Position numbers and translations under genes: made by a program
The notes under the pieces: model-generated
The model's database searches: none
What the model was told of the DNA's origin: nothing
What the model saw: only the letters and a program-made list of their open reading frames with translations
Assembly (NCBI GenBank): GCA_047495785.1
Contig: JBLDXI010000003.1
Location: 186,001 to 250,000 of the forward strand
Reading direction: 5' to 3'
Source: Lepidodermella squamata
Taxonomy: Eukaryota; Animalia; Gastrotricha
Length of the DNA stretch: 64,000 nucleotides
In this document: positions 52,383 to 64,000 of the stretch, piece by piece
Position numbering within the stretch: position 1 is the stretch's first letter
Layout of the letters: every line of letters starts with the position of its first letter

Positions 52383-53654
52383 TCAGCACGACTTTTGTCT
52401 GCATCTTCCACCGCGCTCTTTGAGCAACGCAAGAACGTCATTGCGATTTTTCCAGACCGCGTAGTCCGACGCTGTCCATCCTTCGTTGGTTGCTGCGTCG
52501 ACATCAGCACCACGTTCAACAAACAGCTTGACGAGGTCGAGGTGGCCCAGTTCAGCCGCCATCGTCAGCGGTGTGGCTCCCGTGTCTCGCCTGCTGTCGA
52601 CCGCTGCTCCTCGATCGAGCAGAAGTCTCGCGACAGCCAACCGGTCAAATTGGGCCGCATAGTACAACGCCGTGAGACCTTGCTTAGTCTTGCTATTGAT
52701 ATATGCGCCGTGATCCAGCAGCAGCTTGACAACGTCGAGGTGCCCTGTCTCTGTCGCAACGATCAACGGTGTGGCTCCCGTGTCTTGTCTGCTGTCAATG
52801 GCTGCTTCTCGATCGAGCAGCAGTCTCGCAACAGCCAATCGGTCATTCTGGGCCGCACAATACAAAGCTGTGGCCCCTTGCTTAGTCTTGCTGTTGATAT
52901 CTGCGCCGTGATCCAGCAGCAGTTTGACGACGTCGACGTTCCCGTTCTCTGCCGCGATAATCAATGGCGTGTATCCGATGTCGCGCCTACTGTCGACGGC
53001 TGCTCCTCGGTCAAGCAACAGCTTCGCAACAGTCAATCGGTTAGTTTGGGCAGCAAAGTACAACGCTGTGCAGCCGTGGTTAGTCTTGCTGTTGACGTCC
53101 GCACCGCGATCGACAAGCAGCTTGACTGAGTCTAGGTGTCCATAGAAAGCTGCTGTTATCAACGGCGTACCCCCCTCGATGTCTCTGCTATCCACGGTTG
53201 CTCCTCGGTCAAGCAAGAGCATCGCAACGGCCAATCTGTTGTTAACGGCTGTTCTACACAAAGCCGTGATGCCATTTTTATCTTTATTGTCAACATTTGC
53301 GCCGTGATCGAGAAGCAGCTCAACCACAGCTGAGTGGCCTTGGCTCGCTGCTAGATGCAACGCTGTGAATCCCGATTCGCCCTCGTGGCTATTGACATCT
53401 GTCCCCAGATCAAGCAATAGGCAGGCAATTTCAGCCCGCTCATCAGACTTGTACCAGCAATTAGCCACGCGATGCAACACATTGAAATTGCTAATATTGT
53501 AAACGCACATGGTGTCCCTGGTCGGATCACGCCAGTTCGGGTTGAACTTGCCGCCCGTCGCCTCTTTGATCTCACCGACAATTCGTCGCACCCTCGCAAC
53601 GTCAGCGTCAGCACCTGCTTGGCTCAACTTCTTGTACAGCTCAAGCACAGCAGG
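52383..53654 (-). CDS. Ankyrin-repeat exon (~11 repeats); 5' end unresolved
   Basis: Canonical GxTALHxAA / GxTPL..AA..GH..VVKLLLDxGA repeats. The ORF has no ATG start and a strong acceptor at 53655. Confidence 0.85.
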   Translation of the reverse strand, partial: PAVLELYKKLSQAGADADVARVRRIVGEIKEATGGKFNPNWRDPTRDTMCVYNISNFNVLHRVANCWYKSDERAEIACLLLDLGTDVNSHEGESGFTALHLAASQGHSAVVELLLDHGANVDNKDKNGITALCRTAVNNRLAVAMLLLDRGATVDSRDIEGGTPLITAAFYGHLDSVKLLVDRGADVNSKTNHGCTALYFAAQTNRLTVAKLLLDRGAAVDSRRDIGYTPLIIAAENGNVDVVKLLLDHGADINSKTKQGATALYCAAQNDRLAVARLLLDREAAIDSRQDTGATPLIVATETGHLDVVKLLLDHGAYINSKTKQGLTALYYAAQFDRLAVARLLLDRGAAVDSRRDTGATPLTMAAELGHLDLVKLFVERGADVDAATNEGWTASDYAVWKNRNDVLALLKERGGRCRQKSC

Positions 53655-54138
53655 CTGTGAAAGTAGTGAAGTGAGAAAAGAAATTGTGAATAGTGACTCA
53701 CTGGTTTCACGGTACAAATCTAATGTTGGGGATTGATAGTTACAAATTATTGACGTTCATTCTTAAGTATGGGCCTGAAGGCCACGTAATACAGGAATCA
53801 CTGGTCGATGCCGCATCTCGCTCAGCGTATCAATGAATTTCGACCGTTTTACCCCACATTTTTAACAAACCTCATAATATGCAGTGAACAGGAAGCAAAG
53901 ACGATGGAAATAAGCGGATCAATGGTTATCGGTTAATCAGCGCCCGCAATTAATCTTGTCAACGAGCAGAAATTGTCAATGGGTCTCAAATTAGGTTCAA
54001 TTTAGGTCAGGTTGATAGGTATAATTATAACCACCCGTAAATGCGTTTCGGGCACCTTTCGAATCGGCTGCGCTGGTGCCAGTGTCCGATTGCGACGTCT
54101 TCAGACTTAATATATCAGGGCCATGAGAAGAAACTCAC

Positions 54139-57100
54139 TGCGTAAGTGCGCGGATTTGGCGTAGTTGTTGTAGTGATTCCTGGTGAGAATAACCATGTTG
54201 CAGCCTTTTCGCTTCAAGTATCAGAGCTTACGTATATCACAACTTGCACCCGTCCAGCTGTTCGTACAAGTGCATGAGTTCGGAGCCGAGCAGTAGCCAT
54301 CATTTGAGCATCGCGGTTCGCATATTGCTGAGAATTAGAGCGAACTTTGGAATTTTCGCAGAGTAATAGTTGTATCATATTAACTCACGAGTATCGCAGC
54401 TAATACCTGTCCAGCCTGATTGGCAAGCACATCGGTTGGGACCAGAACAATGGCCACCATTTAGGCATCGCTGGATGCAAGAGGCTGCAAATCGTCGATA
54501 AGACGAAACAGGAAATTGATAGTTTGTGGTTGAAAATTGAAGATGTTGCTTACGCGTGCTACAGTCGGAGCCAATCCATCCATAAGAGCAACTACACGAA
54601 TTCGGCGCCAAACAGTAGCCGCCATTTTGGCATTGTGGCTGACATGAAGCTGCAACATGACAAATAATGCCATATTAAGCCTGACATCAACTTTCTCCTC
54701 ACGTGTGTCACAGGTTTGACCAGTCCATCCACCTGTGCAGGAACAAGTATTAGGCCCGGAGCAGTGGCCACCGCTGCGGCATGGCAGATCGCAAACCGCT
54801 TGATAAACAAACATCACCGCAATGCATGGCATAATAAGTTTTTTAATTCTGCTTATTCCTATACCAAGCACCAAGCACTTAACCCTGAAACCCCCTTTAA
54901 AACATTCTTTCGGATCAAATCATAGACAATGGAACTATTACTCACATAAATCAAAACCTACGTGTGCCACAATCAAAACCACCCCACCCTCTGGGGCAAC
55001 TGCATGTATTCGGAGCCTCACAGGAGCCACCATTTGAGCATTGCTGGTTACATGTAGCTGCGAGGATGCAAAACGTGTCCCATTGGGCGCGATTACAATC
55101 TTTGTTGCTACTCACGTGTGTCGCAATCAGAGCCACTCCAACCTCGCCTGCAGGCACACGTGTTGCGTGAAGCGCAAGTTCCGCCGTTTTTACAGCTTTG
55201 GATGCACGAAGGAGGCTAAAATATGCCAAATTCAGCGATTGTTTTATATCAGTTATAAATCACCTCGGAGATGCACCGACCGAGCTCGGGCTTCCAACCA
55301 TTTTGCCGATCGCACACTGATTTCGCAGAGCCATTTGCAACGACAAACCCTTCGTCACAACGAACTGATACAGATTTGCCGGGTTTTAACGAATCGTCCC
55401 CACGCATAGTTTTGCTTTCCTCATCGACTATCGCTCCATTAGCCATAGCAGGTATCTTACAGTAGTCTGAAAACAGAAAGTGGCGACGCCGATGTATCTA
55501 AAAAGATTGGAATTGAAAGTACATTTCAGTTCATTTTCCACACATTGCCCTGTTTCCGACCATTCATCATCTTCGAGACACGTTATCTTGTTGGTTCCAA
55601 CGAGTTCATACGGCGGAACGCAGTCGAAAGTAACACTTCTGCCAACTAATATTGGAAACTTCGATTCCACCCGCAGCTTCGCATTGGATGGTACCGGAGC
55701 GTCAGAGCAATCTGCAAAATAAGTAGGAAGCATAAAAGTCAATTGAGATATCCCATGAGTGCTACTCCACTTATGTAGTCTGGCTAGACTGTCCTGTCAC
55801 GGCGTTACTACAGTATAGAGGATTTTAACAATTTTGTTGTGAACATAGAAAATAGCATGCTGACCGATTGTATTGCCGAGAATAGCGAAGCTGACGATAT
55901 ATAGAATAACACATTTTTTGAACCTTGAATAAGAAAGTGTTAATAGAGCTGGAATGGAATGCTTAAGGTCGTAGAAAATTAGAATATAATCATAAAACCA
56001 ACAGTTCGGAAGGCAGTTGCCTTTCTGCAGCCAAGTTCCATTCTCAAGACATTTCATTGCGGCGACGCCATCGATTCGGAATCCGGGTAAGCAATCGAAA
56101 AATACTGTCGATCCGATAACTAATGGTCCCCCATTATCGTCAGATTCCGCAATGCCTCCATTTGCAGGCACAGGAATAGGCATCTCGCAGGCTGTGAAGG
56201 TTGAGATTTAGTTCGAACCCTAGTAAAGTTGAAAAACTCACCTTTAGCGCAAACGCCTTTGGTTAGCCATGCTTTTGTCTTTGAGTCGAACCGCACTTCC
56301 CCAGCTCCAAAAATTGCATACCCGTCGTCGCAGACAAACTTTCCGACGCATGCATCGTCCGAGTAGCTAATTCTGCCGTTTTCGATGAAGTTAGGCTGTC
56401 CCCTTGATGCTAAAATATTATTTGAACACGTAATAGTTTGCCAAACAACATTAGACTTTCATAATTGGGCGGACAGAAATTAATACCTAGCAACGAATCA
56501 GGTACGGATCGCTCGGGGATGCAAGGGTTAGATTGCTCTGAGGCGTGGTTTTTGCATTTTTCGAAATTGGATAGCACATCAACGACCGCGTTGAAGCCGA
56601 GGGCCGTCGCAAACATCAACGGCGATTCTCCTTTCTCATCCGGTTTGCAGGTTGCATTGTATTTACTCAACAGCAAATCAACCAAAGGTGCGCAGTTCTG
56701 ATTCACGGCGATCCACAGCAAGTTCTTACCCAGCGGGTTTTTCATCGCAAGAGCCCATTGCAGATCCTCTGCTTTCAGACGAGCGAGCGTGGAATCGATC
56801 GATTTGATTCCACTGTCCAAACAATTGACAGATTGGTGCAGCCAGGACCGGCCATGAGAATCAGGCTTTAGGAGGACACTAGGGTCGGCAGCCATCAATG
56901 CTTGGGCAAGTTCAGATTTTCCAGGCTGCATAGCTAACGACAGCGGTGTTTCACCTTTTTTGTTCTGCACCCCTGACAGCTTCTCGGCATATTCAATCGA
57001 TAGAACTCTTTGCAGCAGGTCAAGATTGCCGCTTTGAACAACAAGATGAAGTGCTGTATCGCCAGTTAGCTCATTTACGGCTTTGATCAATTCGCCGTTT

Positions 57101-60051
57101 GTCTCGAGGAGAAAATCGGCAATATCAGTCCGGTTGAGTGCGATGGCTTGCAACAGCGGGGTGTTTCCTTTCGAGTCAGCTGCGTCGAAGTCCAGGTAGT
57201 TTTCGAACTGACGCAGGAAATCTAGGTAGTTAGCTTCGACGGCAATGTGCACTGCAGTATGATTCAAACTGTTCGCAACCTTCGTATTAGCGCCGCGCTT
57301 CCGGATCAAATGTTGGATTAATTCGATGCTTTTTTTCTCCGCAACAGCTGCTAGCAGTGGTGTCATGCCACTCGGGCCGTTGTAGGCTGCAGGTAGCTTA
57401 GAAGGCAGGTTTATGCTGGATGCTAGCTTTTTGGATTTCAGCAGAAATTCGAGCATCTCCTTGCTCGTTGCGAGATGCAGCGCCGTGTAACCTCGATAGT
57501 CGACAGCGTCCAGGAAAATGTTCTCAGCAGCTAAAGCTTTGGCCATCTCCAATGCGGAATTCGCAACTGCGACGAGGAACGGCGTTCGTCCCAGGGAGTC
57601 TTTTTCTCCGAAATATTCAGGATGCAAACGATGCACCTGATGAATCATGCCTGATATCAAGAAATACATAACAAATTATGTGAAAATGTAAAATTCCCAA
57701 TCTGCTTTCTGAGCTGGAAATCATTTCTTCTCCGATTTGTTAATTGAAATGAGAAACGGCGATCGAACGAGTATTTTTTGTAGAATTCAACCTAGGTACT
57801 AGGTATTTCATGGTAATTTCTCCTCGTGTGCGAATCCCTCAGCACTTAATACTGATAGAATTTAGCGATATTTTTCGTAGTCTGGAGATGAGCCCATCGT
57901 CGTTATCCGTTTGAAAGGCGTTTAATTCGAAATGCGCCGTGGAATTCAGGATTCGGGATGCTCACACTAGTCACTCGCGTTCTAGATTTTGAATTAATCT
58001 CTAGCTAACAGCGACGCCTTTGATTAGAGCATCGAGGATTTACGCGTGTTGCCGAAGCCGAAGAAGAGTTTAGCTGTGCCGCTACACGCAGTTGTTACTC
58101 TCTTATTTACTGATTTACTGTTCGATCTGTATTGAGATTGAGGATTGACTATTGAAATGCTCATGAGAAGCGCAGCGGCTTCGAAGCCGCTATCCGCACC
58201 AGAAAAGAAATCATCCTAATTGGGGTGATGAAAAATCGAACTTTTAGCTTGTGAAATCCCCTCAATTAGGGCCTGTGAGTATCTAATTCCCCCATTTTCA
58301 AAATTTATCTGAATTCATGCTCGAAAAAGAGAGTTATTCCATGGTCATGAATTCATTGTGTATTAATTACGAAATTACACAATTTCTCATTGAAAATCTA
58401 GACATGGGTACTATTTTAAATGTTGCCACGTAACACATGGCGCTTACGCACCTGTAACATAGCCCATATTCACTTGATAACTGAGAGATTAATTTTAGTT
58501 TATTTTGCCTAGGGCCAAATCGATAAAATCGTATTGCTATCGATTCAATGGGAAAACAGTGGGATTTTAGAGTTAGACCTAATACAGTAACTAAATTCAT
58601 CCTTCTGGTATTAGGGTGATATTTTTTCTGGTGCAGAGTTGCGTACAACAAATCACGCATGTCACATCTAAAGTCACACCTATCTATTCGACAGAGAATT
58701 GTCTCAACTTCCAATTGCATGGTATAAAAAATCCGCCTAATTAATCTATAGGCCCTGATTAATTACAAAAAGTTTGATTTAGCGTTCGCTAAGGTCTTCG
58801 TAGTCTAGAAGCCTCGTCTGCTTTTCCCATTTTTCGAGGTAAAATGCTTGCATAAGCCGGGAATAGTGTTACCGTATTCCGGTATTTGAAAGGTTTACAT
58901 CATCAAGATCAAATCGTTGCTCATACTGCGTAAAAGCGAAGTGATTCCACAATAATAAATAGCTTACGCTGGATGGAGTCGCCATCAAAATTATTATTAT
59001 CGGCTGCTTCTTCATCTGACAGCATAGCCATTGCGTGGATGACGTTGCCACCTAACGAATCCTTGACCTGCCAGCTCATCCTCGATCGTATGCCCCAGCC
59101 GAAAATTTGTCCATCACGCAAAAATGCCGATAAATGAAGCAGGGATCCGAGGCCTTTTGATTTGGCCCTCGACTCCCGATTCTTCACAGTGTACAAACAT
59201 TTGATCGAGCTCGCCTTTGCTTTAGCCGACTCGTTGCTGAAAAATTCTTCCACAAATCCAGCGTGACCGTTTCTAACTGCGTAACAGAGTGGGGTGTCGC
59301 CATGTTCATCTTCTGCTATCGCATCGAACTTGGCAGACAATTTAGGATAGTTGAAAATTTTCAAATAATTTTTCTCCGCAATCAAATGAGAAGATGTAAC
59401 AGCTGCTCCTCCTCTTGACGTAATCACCTCGAATTCTGTGAGAGTTTTTGCAGCCTCGCTATTTCGGCTAGCTAAAGCGTATTTCAAAGCAAAGTCGCCA
59501 TTTGCATCTTCATGAAACAGGTAAGCATTGTTTTTCAACAAATGCTCAATGATCCTGCCCGCCGAATGCGATTTCGACTTTGCAGCGTAGAAAAGAGGCG
59601 TTTGCCCATCAGCCTGTGGCGCATCGATCATTTTACTAGGCCCCAACTTGAGGTCGATTGCTCTTCGAACCAGCTGTTCGACCACGCCCAGGTTACCTTT
59701 GAGGCAAGCCAAGTGAATCGGCAGCTCAGCATCCTCGTTGGCAGCTGTGATGCTATTGTTGACCTGGTTCAGTAGAAAAGCCGTGATCTTGTGAGCGCCG
59801 TGAATGGCAGCGAGATGGAGGGCGGTGTTGTTTTTATTGAAATAGCGACTTTTCAGGCCCGAAACGTCGCCAAGTTCCAACTTCGCCTTCCTCTCTAACA
59901 GATTCACGTTGTCCTCGCGAATCAGAGAGTCGAATGAAGTTGTAATAGGCTGATCGTTATTGTTTGTAAACAAATTTGAATAGTCATCAGTGTAGTCAAG
60001 TGCCCATGATTTCGAGAAAACAAGGATAACGCTGAGTAGCGTTTTTATCAT
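54139..60051 (-). CDS. Signal peptide + ankyrin repeats + ~4 CCP/sushi + ~6 EGF-like repeats (multi-exon)
   Basis: ATG at 60051 gives MIKTLLSVILVFSKSWA. Exon 60051-58968 joins the exon starting at 57650 in phase 1 (DSIQR|MIHQ). Phase-1 CCP exons follow (FDCLPGFRIDG..C..GTW), then EGF exons (C.NGG.C..PN.C.C..GW.G..C). Confidence 0.8.
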
Positions 60052-61045
60052 ACTCGGTATAATGCAGATTTCGTTAATAGTTTTCAATGTTCAACAACAA
60101 TAATGAAACAAGATGTAAGGGTGTTCTAGTCAAAGAGCAAGGCATCACATCGTCATATATCAAATACTTATCAGATTAAGAATTGTTTTAGATTAATAAT
60201 CTGAAGCGAGCGTACCTAATGAAATCCGTCTGCTAGATGTGTACCAGCGATTAGAGCACTGCTTCTAATTTTACAATGCAAATCGCACGATTTCTAATTT
60301 AGCGTTTTTTCACTTAGAACGCGTGCGTTTTTCTAATTCGCATTTCTAATTCACTTAGAACACGTGCGTTGTTCTAATTAGCGAATTAGAACACGCACGG
60401 TTTTTTATTGCGCGTAATTACTCATTCATAAAACAGCAACGCATTTTTACGCACAGCAATAATTTCACATTTTTATTGCACACACAAAACGCTGTTAATA
60501 ACCGAGGCGATAGCCGAGGTTACCAAAGGCGAGCGCAGCGATGCCTTTAAAATAAAACGAGGCGAAGCCGAGTCTAGTAGTGAAAGGCGAGTGAAGCGAG
60601 CCTGGAGGAGACGTTGAAACGAGTCGAAGCAAGAGTGGAACGAGGCGCAGCCGAATGTAACGAGTGCGCAGACGAGTTTCACCGTTTTCCATTCTTTTAA
60701 GCCACTTTTCTGCCTGCTGTTTATTGAACGTAGTATCGTCAAGCGAGTGACTCATTCTTCGCGTGGCCAGTGCAAAATTATTACCCTCAATAAAACACGC
60801 ACACACCAGTGTTAGCAATAATGCAATAATGCGAGCGTGGCACAACTTGCACGAATTTCGCATTGCTAGTTGCTAGGCGCAGCGATTTCAGTAAATTGGC
60901 TTCGCTCTCAAAGGTGGTCATAATTTCGATGAGCTGGGCATGGTCGGCGAGGTACTAGTTGATGCCTCACTTCAAGCAGAAATTTGATTGAAATGAAGTG
61001 AAAAAACTCGCGTAACTCAGTCCCTGAAAATTAGAAGCCGTGCTC

Positions 61046-61218
61046 TAATAATGTTAGATCACTCGTTTTGATCCTAATCTCGAAAACGCTGCCTCTCGTA
61101 AACTTCGACTCGTGAAAAACTCGCGCTCCACTCGGCTGCGCCTCGTTCCGCTTGCTCGTTTTTCACTCGTCTTCGTTTTCTCGATTAGAATCAAAACTCG
61201 GTGTTCTAACATGTATTA
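61046..61218. mobile_element. MITE-like inverted repeat
   Basis: TAATAATGTTAGATCACTCGTTTTGATCCTAATC ... GATTAGAATCAAAACTCGGTGTTCTAACATGTATTA. Confidence 0.55.
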
Positions 61219-61502
61219 GAAGTACCAGCCGAAAGAATCAGCCCGGTTTAGTTCTATATACACAAAATCATTGATTAACAGTACAGTCGAAACTAGATAT
61301 GGTAAACTCTCGCTGTTTCAACGAATAGAATCAATTAGTCCTCGGAGGCTGTTATAAAAAGTAGGCTCTTGAAATTGAATTAAAATGAAAAATTAACTCG
61401 AGTAATGAATGAACAGCAGCTGACGCACTTACGTCTTGCATCAGTCGCGTGCCGTTGATTCAAGTCGCCACGCAATTCTTTAATTTGAATTAAACAGTTT
61501 AC

Positions 61503-62340
61503 TATAGATATAGTTCAGTATAGATCGCCCACTAGCGTGAAAAAGGGTGTACGCCATGGGCGCCAGATGGTCAGATGATTCATCAGAGGCTTGGAGGCCA
61601 AGTAAACAAAACATTCGATTTTTTATTTGTTGGTTCCGATCAAAGTTTAAAAATTTCCCTATGTTTGTTGATGGTTCCAGATAGGTGACATCACAACGAA
61701 CACGCTGGTTATTTTTTCATGATTTTTAACTCAATCTGGACCTGAATTCTGGATCTGAAAATCTAACGTTGATTCATCCATTATAAAAATCTGGACTTGG
61801 TGGAGGATTCAATTCAGAACTTTTGTTGTCAGCACGTGCGCCATAATATGCACATGGTGTGGTTGGAAAGAGTTCAAACCTTAATCGCAAAAGAACAGTA
61901 ATGTAAATTATGCTCTCCATTCCTTTGGAAAATTGCAGAAAATCGATAAAAATTCCTCCAAGTCCGCTCCAAGTATCAAATTGTAGAGCTCGATCTGGGC
62001 TACACGGAACGCTAAATACCTGCTTCAATTTCGATTCCGCAAGTGGCGTTAATTCATTTTATTTCCAATCGCAAAATCATTTTTCTTTGATTTTAGTGGT
62101 CCAGATTGAGTTAAAGATCATGAAAAAATAACCAGCGTGTTCGTTGTGATGTCACCTATCTGGAACCATCAACAAACATAGGGAAATTTTTAAACTTTGA
62201 TCGGAACCAACAAATAAAAAATCGAATGTTTTGTTTACTTGGCCTCCAAGCCTCTGATGAATCATCTGACCATCTGGCGCCCATGGCGTACACCCTTTTT
62301 CACGCTAGTGGGCGATCTATACTGAACTAATATATCTATG
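61503..62340. mobile_element. Non-autonomous foldback DNA transposon, ~230-bp TIRs, 8-bp TSD
   Basis: 61511-61742 is the near-perfect reverse complement of 62098-62329; CAGTTTAC at 61495-61502 and 62341-62348; termini (C/T)ATAGATAT. Confidence 0.85.
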
Positions 62341-64000
62341 CAGTTTACGCTAACAGGAGGTGATAAATAACTATTTGCCATGATGCCATTATCGATGGCT
62401 GAAAGAATTTTCTCAATGTAAACCGGAAAAGTGTGAATTAAATTGAAAGATGGCATAAACGGAATCACTGAACAGACTCCTTGAAATAGGCTGATGAGTC
62501 ATAAGCTGAAATGATTTCGCGCCTTGATCAACCAATTTTATTCTCAATGCCCTAGTATTCATTCCAAAGCCCTGATCAGTATTGAATGAATTGCCTATAG
62601 CTGCTTTATTGATAAGAAGGTGCGGAGTGGCGGACTGGTTTGATAGCGAATTCTTCCGTACGTCAGCGGCGCCATCCGAACCACGAATGCGAAACACAGG
62701 GCGCACACAATGCGCGAAGACATTGAAATCCGGTGCCTGGTTCTCGGTGACGAAATCCTCGTCATCAACGATTCCGGAGTCTTCATAAGCGGGTTAAAAA
62801 AATAGACCGGCTTCTACTTCTGCCTCATCTTCTGAGGCGTAATATCGCAAAAATTCCATTATGTTATCAATAAAGCAATCTTGAAACATGACCACTAAAC
62901 CTATAGAACCCCTTTTCCGATTATTCAACCGCGTGTTCCGATGTAATAGCGCATGTTTACGATTCCGACATAGTGACGCCGAAATTGCGTCGCAAGATAA
63001 AATCTAACAATAGAGCAGCCTGCAGGAATAGGTCTTACAAGCTGATTTTTCGTATTCGAGGTTGGTTTGTTAAATGAGGACAGTAGGCGAAAAAGGAGCC
63101 GGTTTCGCTGGAGAAACGAGAAGTTCTGATTTTCAGATGTTTCTTGTAACTTCGGCGTCACCATGGATGATTTAATGCGAAATTTTCTGAAAAATTGGTT
63201 TAATGAAAAGTTTAGTTACCTTATTTCTTATAATCCATGCTAACGAAATTTCCCTTTGCAGTAGGCTCTGCATAAATGACAGCGATAAGGATGGCTAATG
63301 GACTGGTCTTCAGCCATTTGAACAACGGCGACATCACCTTGGGCCAGGCAGCACCGAAAAATCTGGCTAAGTTTTAGTCCACACAAGATTTAGCTGTTCG
63401 GATAATCTGTGGTGCCTACTCTCTCGCAGATGCAGAGCCTCTTCGTCATCGCCTCGGATGGGTCGATTCTCACCAGAAACACGCCATTCACTTGGCTACA
63501 TTCGTCTGGAATTTTCTTCACGAAAAAGCGCCCGTCACAAGTCAATCGCTCTTTAGGCTGAACGATGAACGACATCCACAGCTACTCAACCACGCGCAAC
63601 ACCGAACCGATGTTCAAACATACTTATATGCCTCAGTTCGCGGCACACTGAGTCTGCGCTGCCGCGCGGTCCCGATCTTTGGAACAGCCTACCTGTCAAT
63701 GCCCGACTAGCTGAATCGGCTGAGGCTTGCCGTTCTTGTTTCGCTTAGTTTTACGAAAAAATGGCTCTGTTCTATTTCTCAGAAAAATAAAACAAATACT
63801 ATTCTTATACTGCTGTGATGATGTTTACTGTTTAACTTTTGCGATTTTTGTTGTTCGATTGACCGAGTCTGAGCTATAACTTTGTTTACTCCTAACTACA
63901 CCTTTCCGCGCTAAATCTGAACTTTTCCTGCAATTATATGTCTTACCATTAACATGTCTTAACATTGTCAAGCTGCCCTCTGCTGGGCGTATGAGCTTTC

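Noticed and set aside
52350-53129. 259-aa plus-strand ORF
   Set aside because: Antisense shadow of the ankyrin repeats.
52383-55230. Notch homolog (EGF + ankyrin)
   Set aside because: No LNR repeats, transmembrane helix or calcium-binding EGF consensus.
62400-63760. Short ORFs at the right end
   Set aside because: No recognisable motif or consistent splice model; possibly a decayed transposon.

Overview
Eukaryotic genomic DNA from an invertebrate animal (short GT-AG introns, an insulin-like peptide, Cys-loop channels, TTAGGG repeats). The first ~44 kb is a tandem/inverted cluster of an unusual Cys-loop (pentameric ligand-gated ion channel) family. It has six apparently intact paralogs (A 1-2942 cut by the window edge, B, C, D, F, G), one chimeric pseudogene (E) and two orphan fragments. 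Spliced by hand, copy D gives a 934-aa protein: signal peptide, two tandem ~250-aa beta-rich domains resembling L-type (ERGIC-53/VIP36, ConA-fold) lectins, a Ser/Thr/Pro stalk, then an intronless channel module. The channel keeps the Cys-loop and M1-M4 but has lost the aromatic-box and vicinal-Cys residues that bind acetylcholine. This looks like a lectin-domain-fused, possibly glycan-sensing or chemosensory, channel family. Inside the cluster is a two-exon secreted lysozyme/lytic-transglycosylase-like gene of bacterial character. The cluster also holds P-like transposase, LINE ORF1, SINE and MITE debris. The right part holds a 2-Cys peroxiredoxin, an 8-Cys insulin-like peptide, a Kunitz/PAN secreted protein, a signal-peptide ankyrin-CCP-EGF gene with a further ankyrin block, and a foldback element with long TIRs. 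Domain calls come from motif recognition only; no searches were run.
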